IMG/VR virus record: IMGVR_UViG_3300016670_000048
Location: 1 to 64,000 of that record
From: a virus
Taxonomy: Duplodnaviria > Caudoviricetes
Length of the DNA: 64,000 bases
Strand: one strand, 5' to 3'
The notes under the pieces are model-generated. The model did not search any database and had not been told where the DNA came from. It saw nothing but the letters and a program-made list of their open reading frames with translations. A program made the position numbers and the translations under genes. Below, one piece after another: positions 8,807 through 18,689 of this stretch; positions within the stretch are counted from its first letter, which is position 1, and each line of letters begins with the position of its first letter.

Positions 8807-9301
8807 TTAAATCCACTCCGGTTGTTTACGATTTGACCACTCTACCTTAATCGGTTTCTCCCTGCAAGCCCAATCTGCAAATTTAACCCGCAAGTATTCT
8901 TGGTAAGCCTTCGTCTGATCAAACAAACCTAGCCGCTGGAAGCTTTCGGGCATACAGATAGCAAACGGCTCAAGCTCAGCTTTCTTAATATTCATTGGCA
9001 GCTTATCCAATACATTCAATAGCTCAGAAGTCTTATGAATCTTTCCTGTGCGGAATGTGTATTCTTCACACAGAGCTTTGAAGTGAGCATAGAGCCATTG
9101 GTAGTTGGCTGATGTTGAGCGTGACCAAACCGTACTCGGATGCTGGGAATGCGTGGGCTTATAACCTACCTGAACACCATCCAATGTGTGATGAACTGTG
9201 GATAAAATTTGTGCGCTCTCACATACCATTTTATTTAGCAAAATGTTTGGTAAATTGTGTGCTGACTGAATTGGGCAAGTGCTAGATACAAAGATATTCA
9301 T
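8807..9301 (-). CDS. pyrimidine-dimer DNA glycosylase / endonuclease V family protein
   Basis: MNIF...KMVCESAQILST...YKPTHSQHPSTVW motifs of the DenV-like family. Confidence 0.75.
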   Translation of the reverse strand: MNIFVSSTCPIQSAHNLPNILLNKMVCESAQILSTVHHTLDGVQVGYKPTHSQHPSTVWSRSTSANYQWLYAHFKALCEEYTFRTGKIHKTSELLNVLDKLPMNIKKAELEPFAICMPESFQRLGLFDQTKAYQEYLRVKFADWACREKPIKVEWSNRKQPEWI

Positions 9302-9334
9302 GAGAAAGCTTCTGTGTGATTGGTTTATATGCTG

Positions 9335-9369
9335 ATTTTAAGGCAAAAGAAAGCCCCAGTCAAGGGGCT
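9335..9369 (-). promoter_or_regulatory. sigma70 promoter whose -35 box is the loop of a terminator hairpin
   Basis: AGCCCC-TTGACT-GGGGCT-TTCTTTT; TTGACT-N17-TAAAAT. Confidence 0.75.
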
Positions 9370-9381
9370 AAGAGATTCTTT

Positions 9382-10170
9382 TTAGTCATTAACACGTAAT
9401 GTGGCGACACGGATATCCCACCAACCTTGATCAGCAGCAATCAGTTCTTGACATTTCTGATTAGCAAGTTCTTTTGAGAGGTAGCAACTATCCGAACGTT
9501 TCTCCTCAAACGATGCACCATCGCCATCAATAAAGACTAGTTGGTAAACTTCATAAATAGGCATCATCAATCTTCCCTGACAATCTTAAAGCATTCAATT
9601 TTAGTGAAATCTGGAATGTGTTCACCGTTGTAAATCATTCTCCATGTTCCATCTGGAAGCTCGTCTAAGTGAAGCATACGTTGTTTAGTTCGTACTGCTG
9701 TGACTTTGGACAGTTCTAGGATGATGTCTGTTCCAATTAGTTCAATTGCTCTGCGTGTCATTTTGATTTCTTCTCCTGATACCAACCTTTCAAACCCCAT
9801 ATAGCAAAGCACCATGTAGCAATTGTAATTATACAAAGCACCCCACCAAAATTAAAAGCTGCTGAGCTTCCTTGAACCCAAAGGATTGGACACAGCCACG
9901 CAGACAAAGCTGTTAAAGCTACAGGAAAGAATATCACAATTAGAACAGTTCTGATGTTAATCCACATTATTTATCTTCCTCATATCTAGATTTATCACAG
10001 GACAAGATCATTTCAGCTTGTCCTTCCCAATTAAAGTTAAGCTGCTCTTGCATATCTTTGTAAGAAAACCCTAGTCGTTTCATAGCGTGAAGTGCTTCCT
10101 TACGAGCTTCTAGGAAATCTCCCCACCATTTGTAAGATTCGTCAAATTCTTTTAGTTCTTGTGTGTTCAT
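9382..10170 (-). other. four small ORFs: 9382..9570, 9567..9761, 9758..9967 (2 TM), 9967..10170
   Basis: ORF track; translational coupling. Confidence 0.65.
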
Positions 10171-10577
10171 TATTTTTCATCCTTTAAAAAGAAGAGTCCG
10201 ACCCCAAAAATTATCAGCATTACTGAAGCTCCCCACATAAGCCAAGACAACAAGACTGCAAACACACCAATCGAGGTCTGTTCCATCTTATCAATGTCGT
10301 AAGGCCAACTAACTTCAATTGGCTTATTACCCTCACGTTCAAACTGACGATACAGAGAATCGTTAATACTATCCCCAAATACTTTACCAGTCAGCTTGTC
10401 ACGGAACAAACCACGGACATTATAAGAATGATTTCCTTTGTGACTGCTGTGTGTGGCGTAGGTGTCGATCATCGTTGCATACCGAGTTTCTTTGTGTGTT
10501 CGCATCTGTCCGTAATCATAAGGCAAGAATGCTAGACAAGCAAGGATAATTCCTAAAGCAATTGTGATGTATTTCAT
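10170..10577 (-). CDS. membrane protein (N- and C-terminal TM, 135 aa; start revised from 10721)
   Basis: GGAGG SD before ATG 10577; hydrophobic ends. Confidence 0.75.
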   Translation of the reverse strand: MKYITIALGIILACLAFLPYDYGQMRTHKETRYATMIDTYATHSSHKGNHSYNVRGLFRDKLTGKVFGDSINDSLYRQFEREGNKPIEVSWPYDIDKMEQTSIGVFAVLLSWLMWGASVMLIIFGVGLFFLKDEK

Positions 10578-10578
10578 A

Positions 10579-10815
10579 TCAACCCTCCACAGGTGGTTTA
10601 GGCAAATACTGCCAATGTGTAATCTGACTCTTAGGGATTTGATTATAGTTTCCCCAAGCAAACCATTGTTCCTGACAATACCAACCAGATTGAAACTCAC
10701 AAGTACAGACATGAATACCATCTGTAGCGATTACGTCGATAGAGTCAAATACTTTAGAGCCGTCTACGTTTAGTTCTGGTAGGCGGTGCACTACACTGAT
10801 CCAATTACCACTCAT
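10579..10815 (-). CDS. DUF551-like protein
   Basis: WISVVHRLPE...ITHWQYLPKPP. Confidence 0.75.
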   Translation of the reverse strand: MSGNWISVVHRLPELNVDGSKVFDSIDVIATDGIHVCTCEFQSGWYCQEQWFAWGNYNQIPKSQITHWQYLPKPPVEG

Positions 10816-10982
10816 CCAATATACTCCTCAGAAATTACTTCTCCATCCAAAACTAATTGGATTGTGTGAGACTCTTTCCATTCGTAAGGTCCAGTGCCTT
10901 CCATGTGCGATTCAGTTTTCACATTCAAGGATAGGTGCTCACGTAGGTATTGTTTTAGTTCAAAAATCTCATCTTCAGTCAT
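10812..10982 (-). CDS. hypothetical protein (56 aa)
   Basis: Hand translation MTEDEIFELKQYL... Confidence 0.55.
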   Translation of the reverse strand: MTEDEIFELKQYLREHLSLNVKTESHMEGTGPYEWKESHTIQLVLDGEVISEEYIG

Positions 10983-10983
10983 A

Positions 10984-12315
10984 TCATACGCTCATTTTAC
11001 GTTGCATGATAGTTCCATCCAATTCTTTCCAAGCTGCACCGACAGGAACTGGAAGGGTGGAATTGAAACGCTTTCTGTAGCAATCACCCATAGTATCGCA
11101 CAAGAGGTTCATGTGTTCAACCTTCGTAATGAACGAATCGTGCACAATCAAGATTGGATAGCCTTTCTCAATAAACACTTCAACCACATCCGACGCTAGA
11201 TTACTGTCATGATTCTGCAACACCAAACCATAACTCTCTGATTTACAAAGGATATCTGCAAATTGAGGGTAAGCATTAAACACCATATCTAGAACATCAG
11301 AGCCATTACCCAGTGTGTATTGTTCTTTATCCTCTTTGCTCAGTTTATTAATGTGACGTTGAACAGCCCCACGAGCACCTTTGTAGTCCTTACTATTGAG
11401 CATCACATTAACGGCAAGCTTGACAACACCACGATCTACAGAATTGTTTTCATCTGGAATCATACCAGAATAAACATCTGTTGGCAGGTTGTCACGATCG
11501 ATTCCGTTTAGCTCCGACGCAATAAGAAAATGTAGGTTGCCGTAATCGATTTCACAAACATTACTGTCATCGATGGTGATGTGCCAGCGACCATACAAGT
11601 CACCAACCTTATGCTGCAATCCTAATACATCCGCACGATAGAAACGCCCACCGTGATCAAATGTTTCATTGAAAATACGGCAGTAAATGTTTGTCATAAT
11701 ATCGCCATTACGGTCACGAATAATATGGCTTTCATTCAACACATTAAGATCCCGCACAACCTTAGACATACGGCGAAGACCGGAATTACTCCGAAAAACT
11801 GTTACTACTTTCTCACCATCTCTTAGCTCAAGCGTACCCAGCTGATCTACGTATTGCAATTGAGATTCCATCTTAACCTCTTCATTCCACAATTCTTTGA
11901 ATTTATCTGTTGCTGTCATATAGCTACTAATACGACGTTCAATATCTTCATTAGCTTGACCAACAGAGTTCACAATATACCCGTTATCCTCAAGCCAGTC
12001 AACAGCTTTCTTTATCTTATGTACTGATAATCCTTTCTTACTCTCCACTTTCATGTATTTATCTCGTGGATAGACAAGCCTACTCTCTTTCTTGAGACAG
12101 CAGATAAGATTAGCAATAATAGAGTTAAGTGTAGTCTTATCTTCATAAGTCCACATACGGGTACAATTGACTACATCTTGAGATACCTTCATATCGTACA
12201 TCAATAACTTAGCATTAGAGATATGATTAGTCTTATACAAGAGCAAGGGCTGATATCTGTTACTATCTTCATCTTGTTCAAGTACATCCCATACATCTTC
12301 TTCTTTCTCTTCCAT
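10984..12315 (-). CDS. minimal PolA / T7-RNAP superfamily polymerase (443 aa)
   Basis: GGRFY pre-A motif, motif A EIDY, motif B RxxVK, LQNHDS, motif C VHDSF; putative HTH at N-terminus. Confidence 0.7.
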   Translation of the reverse strand: MEEKEEDVWDVLEQDEDSNRYQPLLLYKTNHISNAKLLMYDMKVSQDVVNCTRMWTYEDKTTLNSIIANLICCLKKESRLVYPRDKYMKVESKKGLSVHKIKKAVDWLEDNGYIVNSVGQANEDIERRISSYMTATDKFKELWNEEVKMESQLQYVDQLGTLELRDGEKVVTVFRSNSGLRRMSKVVRDLNVLNESHIIRDRNGDIMTNIYCRIFNETFDHGGRFYRADVLGLQHKVGDLYGRWHITIDDSNVCEIDYGNLHFLIASELNGIDRDNLPTDVYSGMIPDENNSVDRGVVKLAVNVMLNSKDYKGARGAVQRHINKLSKEDKEQYTLGNGSDVLDMVFNAYPQFADILCKSESYGLVLQNHDSNLASDVVEVFIEKGYPILIVHDSFITKVEHMNLLCDTMGDCYRKRFNSTLPVPVGAAWKELDGTIMQRKMSV

Positions 12316-12503
12316 CCTCTCTTCACTCTTATTGGGTATAAGGAAAGAGATATGCTCAAACCCTTACACTGTGTGGCCTGTAGCCCGATTTAACCAAATA
12401 AATTAGGCTGATTCACTCAAATTCAAGTACATATAATCTCATGTTCCACCTCTCAAACACAAGGTTGATTCCACTGTTTATTGAGTAGTTTCAGGAGAAT
12501 TCA

Positions 12504-13396
12504 CTAATCCTCAATCCCATCATCAAAATTCCTTCTCACCAAATACTGTCTCCACTCTTCATTTACTTCATAATCTTTCTTCGTGTGGTTGTCAAAGAAT
12601 CCAATAGCCCAACCACTACTAGACAGAATACCACCTTCTCGGACATCTTTACCCCAAGATTCCTCTACATTCAGCACTTCACCTTGAACATAGGTTGATG
12701 CAAGATAGCGTGATTTACTGAGAACAACAGAGGAATATTTCTTTCCTGAGTGTAAATGTGTAACGTACCAAGCTTTAAGGTTGTTCATTAGTCATCTTCC
12801 CAGAACTCTTCAAGGTCTTCTTCAAACTCATAATCATCATAAGGACCATCCGCTTGTAGTTGTGCCTTACGTTCAGCACGTAGGTCTGCTTGGTGCCCTT
12901 CATCAGAATAATATTCTTCCCAGTCTTGTTCAGTCATCTCTCTTCTCCCTTCCAAATTACATCGTAAACAGGACACACATCAGACAACTTCCTGACATAC
13001 GTATCATAATCCATAAAATTCTTAACCAACTCAAATTCTTGCACACCATGATAATTTTGGCTCAACCACGTAAGACAGGTCTTATCTTCAGACATTACTC
13101 CAACTTGTTCAGGGTAGTGTGAAGAGTCTACAACATCATAAATCCTGCCCTCAATAACCCCCTCACCGCAATTTTTAGGCCAAGTGATGAGGGACTTAAT
13201 CTTCATGGTTTTCTCCTTTCCAGATAACATCATACCGAGTAAAAACATTTGACAATAGCTGCATACCCATATAGTAATCTTTTAAACCACTAACTAAGAA
13301 AAATACACCATCGTTACTCATAACGATCATCTCTCCCTCTTTCAGCTTAATCTTATCTCCCGTAGAGGCGTCGATTATTTTAAATTTCTTTTTCAT
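12504..13396 (-). other. small ORFs 12504..12788, 12788..12976 (very acidic), 12934..13206, 13196..13396
   Basis: ORF track; coupling and SD motifs. Confidence 0.65.
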
Positions 13397-13397
13397 C

Positions 13398-13694
13398 TCA
13401 ACTGCTCCTTTTAGCCCATTCGATAGCTTTGACTAACACGTCACCGTGACATGCTTTAGGTGCACAATAGCAGGCTAACCTCTTACCGTCAAGATTCACC
13501 AAGTCCTCCCATGAAATCCTATCTTCCATGATTTCATTCCACAACCAATGACGGTAAGCTTCGATTACCCTTGTGCGCTCATTGTCTGATTTATCTTTCA
13601 TTGGGAATGGATTACCAAATAAGGAGCCACGACCTATATACACAATGTCAGGATCGGACATATTTACTTTGTATTTGTTGACTACTGTTGTCAT
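13398..13694 (-). CDS. DUF4326 family protein
   Basis: VYIGRGSLFGNPF...LACYCAPKACHGDVL signature. Confidence 0.8.
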   Translation of the reverse strand: MTTVVNKYKVNMSDPDIVYIGRGSLFGNPFPMKDKSDNERTRVIEAYRHWLWNEIMEDRISWEDLVNLDGKRLACYCAPKACHGDVLVKAIEWAKRSS

Positions 13695-13738
13695 AATAAT
13701 CAGCAGCTCTGCTGCCCCTCCTCAATTAATGTAGGCCA

Positions 13739-13767
13739 AGTATCCCACCTCCTTTCTGCCCTGTCAA
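13739..13767 (-). promoter_or_regulatory. leftward sigma70 promoter of divergent pair
   Basis: TTGACA-N17-GATACT with TG extension. Confidence 0.7.
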
Positions 13768-13881
13768 GCATAAAATTGAATAAACTCACTGGAGAGACTC
13801 CCCTGAAGGAGCTTCCTGAAGCACTCCCTAAAGAGAGAGGATGGATTTCTTTGAAATGTGCTGTGATTTGTAAAATCACCC

Positions 13882-13909
13882 TTGACAGGGGTGGGGGATG
13901 TGTTAAAGT
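13882..13909 (+). promoter_or_regulatory. rightward sigma70 promoter of divergent pair
   Basis: TTGACA-N16-TAAAGT with TG extension; -35 flanked by CACCC/GGGTG inverted repeat. Confidence 0.7.
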
Positions 13910-13951
13910 GTGACGTATTGAAAGCAAACCAACAGGAGAAGGAGAGACAAA

Positions 13952-14149
13952 ATGAGTATTGCAAATGTAAACAAGGAATTGATGTCAGCTGGCAGGCTGT
14001 TTAAGGAATTTGAGAAAGTAGCTTGTGCGAATAGCGCTTCAGACTATCGTGAGGCTATGGTACTCCAAGACAACTTGACAGCACTACGTAACCAGCTTAA
14101 TCTGTTGAATACAGAACTGGAACGTCAGATCAGGGAGCTTTCAAAATGA
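13952..14149 (+). CDS. hypothetical coiled-coil protein (65 aa)
   Basis: AGGAGA SD; first gene of rightward arm. Confidence 0.8.
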   Translation: MSIANVNKELMSAGRLFKEFEKVACANSASDYREAMVLQDNLTALRNQLNLLNTELERQIRELSK

Positions 14150-15434
14150 AGAGTGTAATTAGTCGTGGGTTTACAACTGGTGGAGAATATTTCTCATTTA
14201 GTTTTAATGGCAGGTTCTACATCAGGTTCTCAGAACAAGAAATTCTAGATCTTTACAGGAGCTTTCAAAATGAGTAAGTATGAAGTGAGAGAGTTACACG
14301 AATGGCACGCACCATACCGGTGGGCTGTACATAAAGACCGAATGATTGTGGCTCGATATACTACAGACGTTGAAGCTTACGCACACATGAATGATATGAT
14401 TAACAGACCGGGGCTCTACTGTCAGGTCTGCTGTGCTAGACTGATGGTGAAGAATGTCTGCACAATTTTCTGCCCTAATAAGGGCTGTGGAGCCGAGCAA
14501 TGAACCACTGGAAATTCAAAAACCTTGAGAAAAATAGACGCGCCAAGGTTCTTATTGGACTGCTATTTTCAACAGTAGGCGTCTTTGTACTGGCTTACTT
14601 AATCGATAAGGTGCTGGGATGAAATATGAGATAAGAGATCTTGATAAGTGGTATAGACCTTGGAGGTATGGTATCTATCAAAATGACACTCTATTGATGC
14701 AGTTCATGGAGTACGGTGATGCCTGTACTTACCTGATCAGCTTAGGGGATGACAAATGAAACTTACACAGCAAGATAAAGAAGAGATTTACAATAAATAC
14801 ATGGAATTCATCAATAGTATGTCTGACGACCTCGACACATTTTCAGAAGTCAGTCCTAAAGAGCTTGTGTATGCGGTATTGGGCTTGGTTGAGGATTACT
14901 GTAAATGACTTATCTTTATTGTCAAGCTGACGGCTGTGGGAGCTACGTGGACGACATGAGTTGTCATTGTGGTTGGAAGCAACCTGAAGAATACGAGTGT
15001 CCAGAAGGTCAAGATTATTTTCCAGTCACTGGCCTATTATTTGGTAACGAAGGTGTGGTAGACTTGTTCACAGATTCTGATGAGGATTACGCAGATGAAT
15101 GAGAAAGACATGAAAGAGGCTTTGGATCTGTTGCGAATGTCTTGGCGATATGTGACAAATCCAACCCTACAGAAAGCTATTGATAAATTTCTTTTGAAAT
15201 TCCCAGAGGATAAATCTGATGAGTGAAACACTGACTAAGTACCAAGCCACTGTGATCACAGGGTTTACAGGTATTGTAATGTGTGAATTTTCTACCTTTC
15301 ATGCTGATGTAGAAAGTCGTTTTGGTAGGTCAGTGTGGACACATGAGTTTGGTAATGAGGGTTTCATGGAAGAAGTAAAAGAAATGTATAAAGATGAGTT
15401 CTTTCATTTATGCAATACTGAGAAATCAGAGTAA
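14146..15434 (+). other. run of small ORFs incl. 14146..14277, 14270..14503, 14619..14759, 14905..15102 (Cys-rich), 15219..15434
   Basis: ORF track plus hand translation; coupled. Confidence 0.6.
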
Positions 15435-15546
15435 AAGAGATTACACAGATTCCATTTACAGATGTGTTCTTAACCTCTCAATGTCGCTGACATTTCGAAG
15501 AAACAATACACGTATGTGGTGTATGCAAGATTAATTTAAATATGAA

Positions 15547-16573
15547 TTGGGTAGGGATGGGAGAGAAGTTATGATTACAATTGATTGGTTAAAATCACAA
15601 GGATTTAAACTTGAGCAGTACCCTGACGGTATGTTTTGGTTACTACGTAATCGTGAAGAATTGTTTCTTCAGGCAGATGAAGCCTTGACAAACTTCTCCT
15701 TGTACCAAGATGGTTGGGTTGATGATCATCTTACGAACGAAGAAGTTTACAAAGCTGTGGAACAGATGAAGGAACTGAAGGAGAAAAAATAATGAGCTAC
15801 CTTGAAATGAGTGAAGAAGAAATCCACGATCTTGTTGAACGTGGTGGGTTGGATGATGATATGTTCTTTAGTCTGCATACAGAGGCTCTTGATGAGCTGA
15901 GTAAGACAGAGACAGCTTACAACGCTGTAATCAGCTATATGCTTGGTAAAGGTTATTGTGAAGAACCTCTTGAATTCCTACGCTGCTGGAATGAAGGTAA
16001 CTTCGAAGCGTTGCGTGAAGAGTGGCCTGATGCACCAGAAGAGATTTATTTGGCTGATCCACTTTATAAGGGGTAACAAGTGATGACAGACTTATTGAAT
16101 ATTGACTTTATAAACAGCCTCCCTCAGCCGTTGTGGGTTCGCCAATGGGGACGTAAGGATTTCGATTGGCCTCTCTACGAGATTTGTGTAGAGACTGGTT
16201 TGATGCGAATTGATGTCTGTGGTAAATTGGATAACCTACACATTGGTGATGCTGCACAGTTTAAGGATGATAATGGAACTGTGTATGATAGTGAAGAGTT
16301 TTATTTGGAGGATGATTGATGGCTGTTATTGACATAAAGAAATCCTACAGACAGATCAGTCCTGAAGAGCTTCGCTCAGCAGCTTACTCGGGGATTGTTT
16401 ATTGTGGGTTGAGTGATCTTAGCGACTTTTTAGAATATCTGTTTCAAGGAATGGTTTCTCAAGATGAGTTAGACAAGGCTGTTGAGGATGCTGAAAAATC
16501 TTACGACAAAGGCTATGCTGATGGTAAAGAAAACGCTGTTGAGCAAGCTATCCACTATCTGAGTAATATTTGA
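15547..16573 (+). other. four small acidic ORFs: 15547..15792, 15792..16076, 16080..16319, 16316..16573
   Basis: ORF track; SD motifs and coupling. Confidence 0.7.
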
Positions 16574-16816
16574 GGTGTTGACATGAGAGATTTAGGATTA
16601 GTATTTTTGTTTGTAGCATTCTGTTTAGCCTTGTTTTCTCAGGAACTCACTACTCAGATTAATAAACGATTTGACACAGTGGAAGCGAAGAAGTAAGCTT
16701 GAAGATCGTGGTGAAGAATATTGATTAGGGGGGTTGGTGTGAGTGGGCGAGACAAGTTCGCTGTCATTCAAACGCCATTGGGCTTTAAGATCAAAAACTG
16801 AATTGGAGAGGATGAT

Positions 16817-18679
16817 TTGAGTTATATCAGAAAAGTAATCTCTCACTATACAGATTTCTCTGGTGAGAAATTATGTTGCCCAATTCACGGAGAGAACACA
16901 CCATCTCTTCAAGTCTATGAGGATACAAACTCATGGTATTGCTGGGGTGCTTGTGGTGAAGGCGGTGATGAGATTGCATTTGTTAAAAGTATTGATGGTG
17001 TAGACTTTCCTGAAGCTGTAAAGAAAGTCTGTGAAATTCTGAATATTACCAAAGAGGAGCTTATGGAAAGTAAAGATAAAGAAAAGGTAGTTACTAAAGT
17101 CTCAGCAGAGAATGCTGAAGCTATGGACATTGAAGAAGTAAAGGAACTTATTCGTTCCACTGGATATGTGAGTCATGGCTACCGTGGGATTCGTGATGAG
17201 ATCAATAAATTCTTTGGGCACCTAACTAAGCTTGATGATCAAGGTAATGTGCTCGCCCGCTATTACCCTGAGACAAACAACTTCGGTAAATTGACAGGCT
17301 ATAAATGCAGAAACCACCCAAAGGACTTTAGTCACGGTAAGGTTGGTGCTACTGGCAATAAGAGTCAACTGAGTGGGCAGGTTAAATTCAAATCTCCTTC
17401 CAAATACGTGCTCTACGTGGGTGGTGAAGAGGATAAAGCTGCTGCATACCAGATGCTTAAGGAGAATCGCAAGGATCAAGAGTTTGACTCTATTCCTGTA
17501 GTTAGTCCTACATCTGGTGAAGGATCAGCAGCAAAGCAAGCTGCAATGCAATATGACTGGTTTGACCAATACGATATTATTGTAATTGGTATGGATCAAG
17601 ATGAGGCCGGTATTAAAGCAGCTAAAGAAATTGCAGCAGTATTACCTAAAGAAAAACTGCGTATTGCTACATGGTCGGGCAAAGATCCTAACCAGATGTT
17701 GATGGATGGTAAAGAGAAACAATTTGTACGTGATTTCTACAATGCTAAAGAGTTTATCAACAGTGGTATTTCCTCATCTGGTGATGCTGAAGCTGGGCTT
17801 GCTGAGTTCCTTACAGCACCGAAGATTGGTCTTCCTCCTCAGTTGAGTAAGCTTGAAGCTGCAATGCGTGGTGGTATTAAGTCAACAGGTTCTGTTGTAA
17901 ATATCATTGGCGATACTAGTATCGGTAAGAGCTTTCTCTCTGATACATTGATTTATCATTGGTTGTTCAATAGTCCTCGTGTACCTACAATTGTAAGTCT
18001 TGAGCGCACTAAAGAAGAGTTGACAATTGATTTGTTGTCGATGCATCTTAAGAAAAACCTGATGTGGTTCACAGATGGTCATGATGCTGTTGACTATTTG
18101 AATCAACCAGAAGTACAGATTCTTAAGAACGAGCTTCTTTACAATGAAGCCGGTGAGCCTCGATTCTTCATCATTGATGAGCGGGAAGGTGACATTGAAC
18201 TTCTTAAGCGTCAAATGGAAAAGAGCGGCAAAGTAAATGATTCACGATTGATGGTGATTGACCCACTCACCGATTTCTTGCGATCTTTGGGAACAGAGGT
18301 TCAAGAGAACTTTATGATGTGGCAGAAGCTGCAAAAGAAGAACGGATTTGTGTTCATTAACATTCTTCACACACGCAAACCACCAACTGATAAAGACGGC
18401 AACGTTCGTAAAGTGACCGAATATGATGCATTAGGGTCCGGGACATTTATTCAGTCAGCAGACGTGAACATCGTAATCAATCGTGATAAGATGGCTAGCG
18501 ATCCGATTGAAAAGAATACCACCTATGTTGATATGCCTAAGTGTCGTGGGGGTATCACTGGTGAGATTTGTGCGCTATACTATGACGCTGAAACTCGTCA
18601 ACAGTATGATCGTGATGAGTATTTTAATAATCCGGTAGAAGAACCACCGCAACATCATGCGGATGAGATTGATTTTTAA
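16817..18679 (+). CDS. DNA primase-helicase
   Basis: N-terminal CHC2-type Zn finger (CPIH...WYCWGAC), Toprim (GGEED, DQD), DnaB-like helicase (GDTSIGKS, VIDPL, GSGTFIQSAD). Confidence 0.92.
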   Translation: MSYIRKVISHYTDFSGEKLCCPIHGENTPSLQVYEDTNSWYCWGACGEGGDEIAFVKSIDGVDFPEAVKKVCEILNITKEELMESKDKEKVVTKVSAENAEAMDIEEVKELIRSTGYVSHGYRGIRDEINKFFGHLTKLDDQGNVLARYYPETNNFGKLTGYKCRNHPKDFSHGKVGATGNKSQLSGQVKFKSPSKYVLYVGGEEDKAAAYQMLKENRKDQEFDSIPVVSPTSGEGSAAKQAAMQYDWFDQYDIIVIGMDQDEAGIKAAKEIAAVLPKEKLRIATWSGKDPNQMLMDGKEKQFVRDFYNAKEFINSGISSSGDAEAGLAEFLTAPKIGLPPQLSKLEAAMRGGIKSTGSVVNIIGDTSIGKSFLSDTLIYHWLFNSPRVPTIVSLERTKEELTIDLLSMHLKKNLMWFTDGHDAVDYLNQPEVQILKNELLYNEAGEPRFFIIDEREGDIELLKRQMEKSGKVNDSRLMVIDPLTDFLRSLGTEVQENFMMWQKLQKKNGFVFINILHTRKPPTDKDGNVRKVTEYDALGSGTFIQSADVNIVINRDKMASDPIEKNTTYVDMPKCRGGITGEICALYYDAETRQQYDRDEYFNNPVEEPPQHHADEIDF

Positions 18680-18689
18680 GGAGAAGGTT

